A program made the translations under genes and the position numbers. A DNA stretch of 20,000 bases from Amoeboaphelidium occidentale. Its lineage: Eukaryota. The notes below the pieces were generated by a model, which was given only the letters and a program-made list of their open reading frames with translations, was not told where the DNA came from and made no database searches. Positions 17,520 to 20,000 of this stretch are shown here, one piece after another (the stretch's first letter is position 1; each line of letters starts with the position of its first letter). The DNA is taken from contig JALGPX010000050.1 in NCBI GenBank assembly GCA_023515795.1, forward strand, positions 53,508-73,507, read 5' to 3'.

Positions 17520-20000
17520 ATGATCATACTTGTCTGGATTACTTTAGCCATTCTGGTTGCTGGCAACAGTGATAATTCTCTTGCAAAGTATCTCACAGCT
17601 AAGAAGCCTTCTTTCCAAATCAATGAGTTGTATAAACATGGAATGTACGAAAACTTGTTGATCGGCTCCATCGCTGGTAACATCTACATGGTTGATATTG
17701 ATACTGGTATTCTGGTCAAAACTATCACAGGTATATTTTGAAGTTCCTACTGACACCATAGCCTCTTTCACATCCACTGGCGGGACCGGCATAATGTCAT
17801 CTGTTCAAGTTATTGGAAAACACTTGATCATCTTCTATTCAGACAGTGCTATTCAGCAATGGAATCTTGATACTGGAGAGATCGTAAGAGAAATCAAGCC
17901 TTCAAGGAGTAGCATTCTCAGCGGGGAATGCGTTTGGCATTTTGATTTAGACCTTGTCTTCTGTAGCTTGGCAAACGGCTTTGTAAGAAAAATCAACATG
18001 GCCACCAAAAGAATTGAGACTGAGTTCGATGCCCATGATAACTATTGTAATGTTCTTGTCAATGGATCTCTTCTGTACACAGCAAGTTTTGATGGTCTGG
18101 TCAAGAAGTTTGACTTGTTTGGAAATTTGTTGAGAACGTATGAAGTGGCACTTGGATATGCTAATCTTGCAGCGTTTGAAGGTGATTACTTGTTCGTTTA
18201 TTACTACAATATTGAATTCGACCGAAAGGTTCGCATAGTCAGATGGAACCATATAACAGGAATCCCTGAAGAATTTCCAGTACCCGTATCGTACATTCTA
18301 GATCCAGTGAGGGCCTCTAAAGACTCTTATATTTGTTTTGGCTTAGGATCCTTAGGTTTGAATTTTATTCAGTTGTCCAAATCGGATTTGTCAATTATAA
18401 GATCAGATCTCCGCGACCAGCTCCATTCATTTGCAGCGCCCTACTTCAGCAATGGTGAACGATTTTTCTTTTTACCAAACTCTACTATTTATGAAATCAA
18501 CATTTCAAGCGAAGGAGTCAATTTGAGAAACACACTGGATGTGGAAGTATTCAGTTTCCCGTTCGCTGATCTTGTTGTCATCAACGACACAACAGTTCTT
18601 GTGGTTTTTTCTCAGTCCAGTTCAGTTAACTTTCAGGCAAAGTTTCTTGATACCCGCTCAGGGATTTTCTCCGATGGTATTGAAATTTTCAATGATCATC
18701 ATCAATTCCAGAAATCAGGAGACGTTCTTATAGCTGCCGTTGGACAAAAAGTTGCAGCGTACAACATTGCTGATTTGACATTGCTTTGGAAATCTCCAAC
18801 AATCGCTCCGCAAACGATTACTACATTGCGCTATCAAGAAGGCTTAATTTACTTTACCACCCTAAACTACGCTGGTTGCTATAATGCTTCGACATTTGAA
18901 AAGATTGGCTTACTTTACTTTGATGATGGCCTCTACGGAACACCAGCATTTCTTGATCAGGTATTCTACAGATTATATACAGAGTTTTCGATGTTTGCAT
19001 ACGATTTCACTGATGGGCGTATGTTGATTAAATATGATCGAATGCCGAACTTCTTTATTCATGCTTTAATTTACGAAGGGTATCTTTACGTCGCAAATAC
19101 AGACAGTTTTATCTATAAGTACGATATTTCTAGTCCGGATATTGTTCTTGTTTTTTCCGGCCACACATTTGAGGTCTCAGTCATACTAATTGATGGCTTG
19201 TTTATGTACTCTGGATCTGCAGATCAAAAAATCCGTAAGTGGAACATCGAAAATGGTGAATCCCTCTTCATCTATCATGGACACAGTGAAAGGATTGATA
19301 AGTTATATCTTCATGACAGAAAACTCTTTTCGCTGACAAGAACAGAAATCAAGATTTGGGATCTGACTAGAGATCGTTTGTTGGCGACACAATTTGAAAA
19401 ATCATCTGTTCTGATTTCACTGTCCGTTTTTCAGAACGGGCTATTTTCTTGTTCTGTAGATGGAACTATTACGTCCTGGAATATTGATCAAGGTCGCAAA
19501 TATTCTGAACTCAAGAAGAAGACACCAGGGAAGTTTTTTGTTACAGTACAAAGTTTGAATAACTCTTTGGCCGTAAGTTATAACGATGGTTCTATCGTGC
19601 AATACTTCCTTGAAGAGAACGCAACCTCTAAGATAATTTCAAACCCCGCGGTGGTCGAATTATCGAACTTTGTTTTATTTAAAGATTTACTTTTCCTATT
19701 TGGAGCTGCAGAGGGTCTTGCTATTAAGAATTTAACGAGCGACATTGTACGTAGAATCGAGATTAAGAATTACGTCTCAAATTCTCTCCTAGTTACCGAT
19801 CAGTTCATTTTCAGCGGGAACAATGATACTTCAATCACTAAGTATGATGCTAGCTCTCTCGGTTTGCTCAGAACTATTAAAGCCCATACCGGATCTGTCA
19901 CAGTTCTAGGACAGTTTGAAAATGAGCTCATATCAGGTAGCGAAGATAATTCCTTAAGAACATGGAACCTCGACAATTTGAATCTGATTTCGGATCTAAA
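17520..20000 (+). CDS. Divergent secreted/ectodomain WD40-repeat protein D, join(17520..17730,17762..>20000), 3'-partial; probably another receptor-like kinase
   Basis: Signal peptide MIILVWITLAILVAG. After a 31-nt intron the frame is open without a stop from 17762 to the window end (read by hand). WD40 repeats GHTFEVSVILIDGLFMYSGSADQKIRKWN, GHSERIDKL...IKIWD, AHTGSVTVL...SGSEDNSLRTWN. TM and kinase are not within the window. Confidence 0.85.
17731..17761 (+). other. Spliceosomal intron D1, 31 nt, phase 1
   Basis: CAG|GTATAT, branch-like TACTGAC (17748-17754), then CATAG. Removal joins the signal-peptide exon to the long open frame (G|CC = Ala). Confidence 0.88.

Noticed and set aside
1..20000. 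Bacterial WD40-Ser/Thr kinase locus, CRISPR array or prokaryotic defence system
   Set aside because: Spliceosomal introns, an F-box gene and type I receptor topology indicate a eukaryote. No repeat-spacer array or operon-like structure was seen.

Overview
Compact eukaryotic genomic DNA in the standard genetic code, with tiny 30-39 nt GT-AG introns. The window is mostly a tandem cluster of receptor-like protein kinases with beta-propeller ectodomains. Three genes have a WD40 ectodomain, a transmembrane helix and a kinase: A (<1-1341, 5'-partial), B (5757-9500, 5 exons, about 1202 aa) and C (11495-15194, 4 exons, about 1197 aa). There is also an intronless Kelch-ectodomain/Ser-Thr stalk/TM/kinase gene (1388-4132, minus), an orphan kinase fragment lacking the catalytic Asp (15363-16043), and a divergent secreted WD40 gene running off the right edge (17520->20000) that the ORF track largely misses. 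A secreted proline-rich protein (4334-4816, minus) and an F-box gene interrupted by one in-frame TAA (9994-11265, minus) are interspersed. Main points of interest: (1) WD40 arrays of about 21 repeats placed extracellularly; (2) the four intact kinases are non-RD (HCD/HSD); (3) all five kinase domains stop 1-4 residues after the Trp ending subdomain IX, so subdomains X-XI are absent; (4) all eight inferred introns are phase 1 and lie at WD-repeat boundaries. The organism cannot be determined from sequence alone. An early-diverging fungal relative such as an aphelid is a guess.
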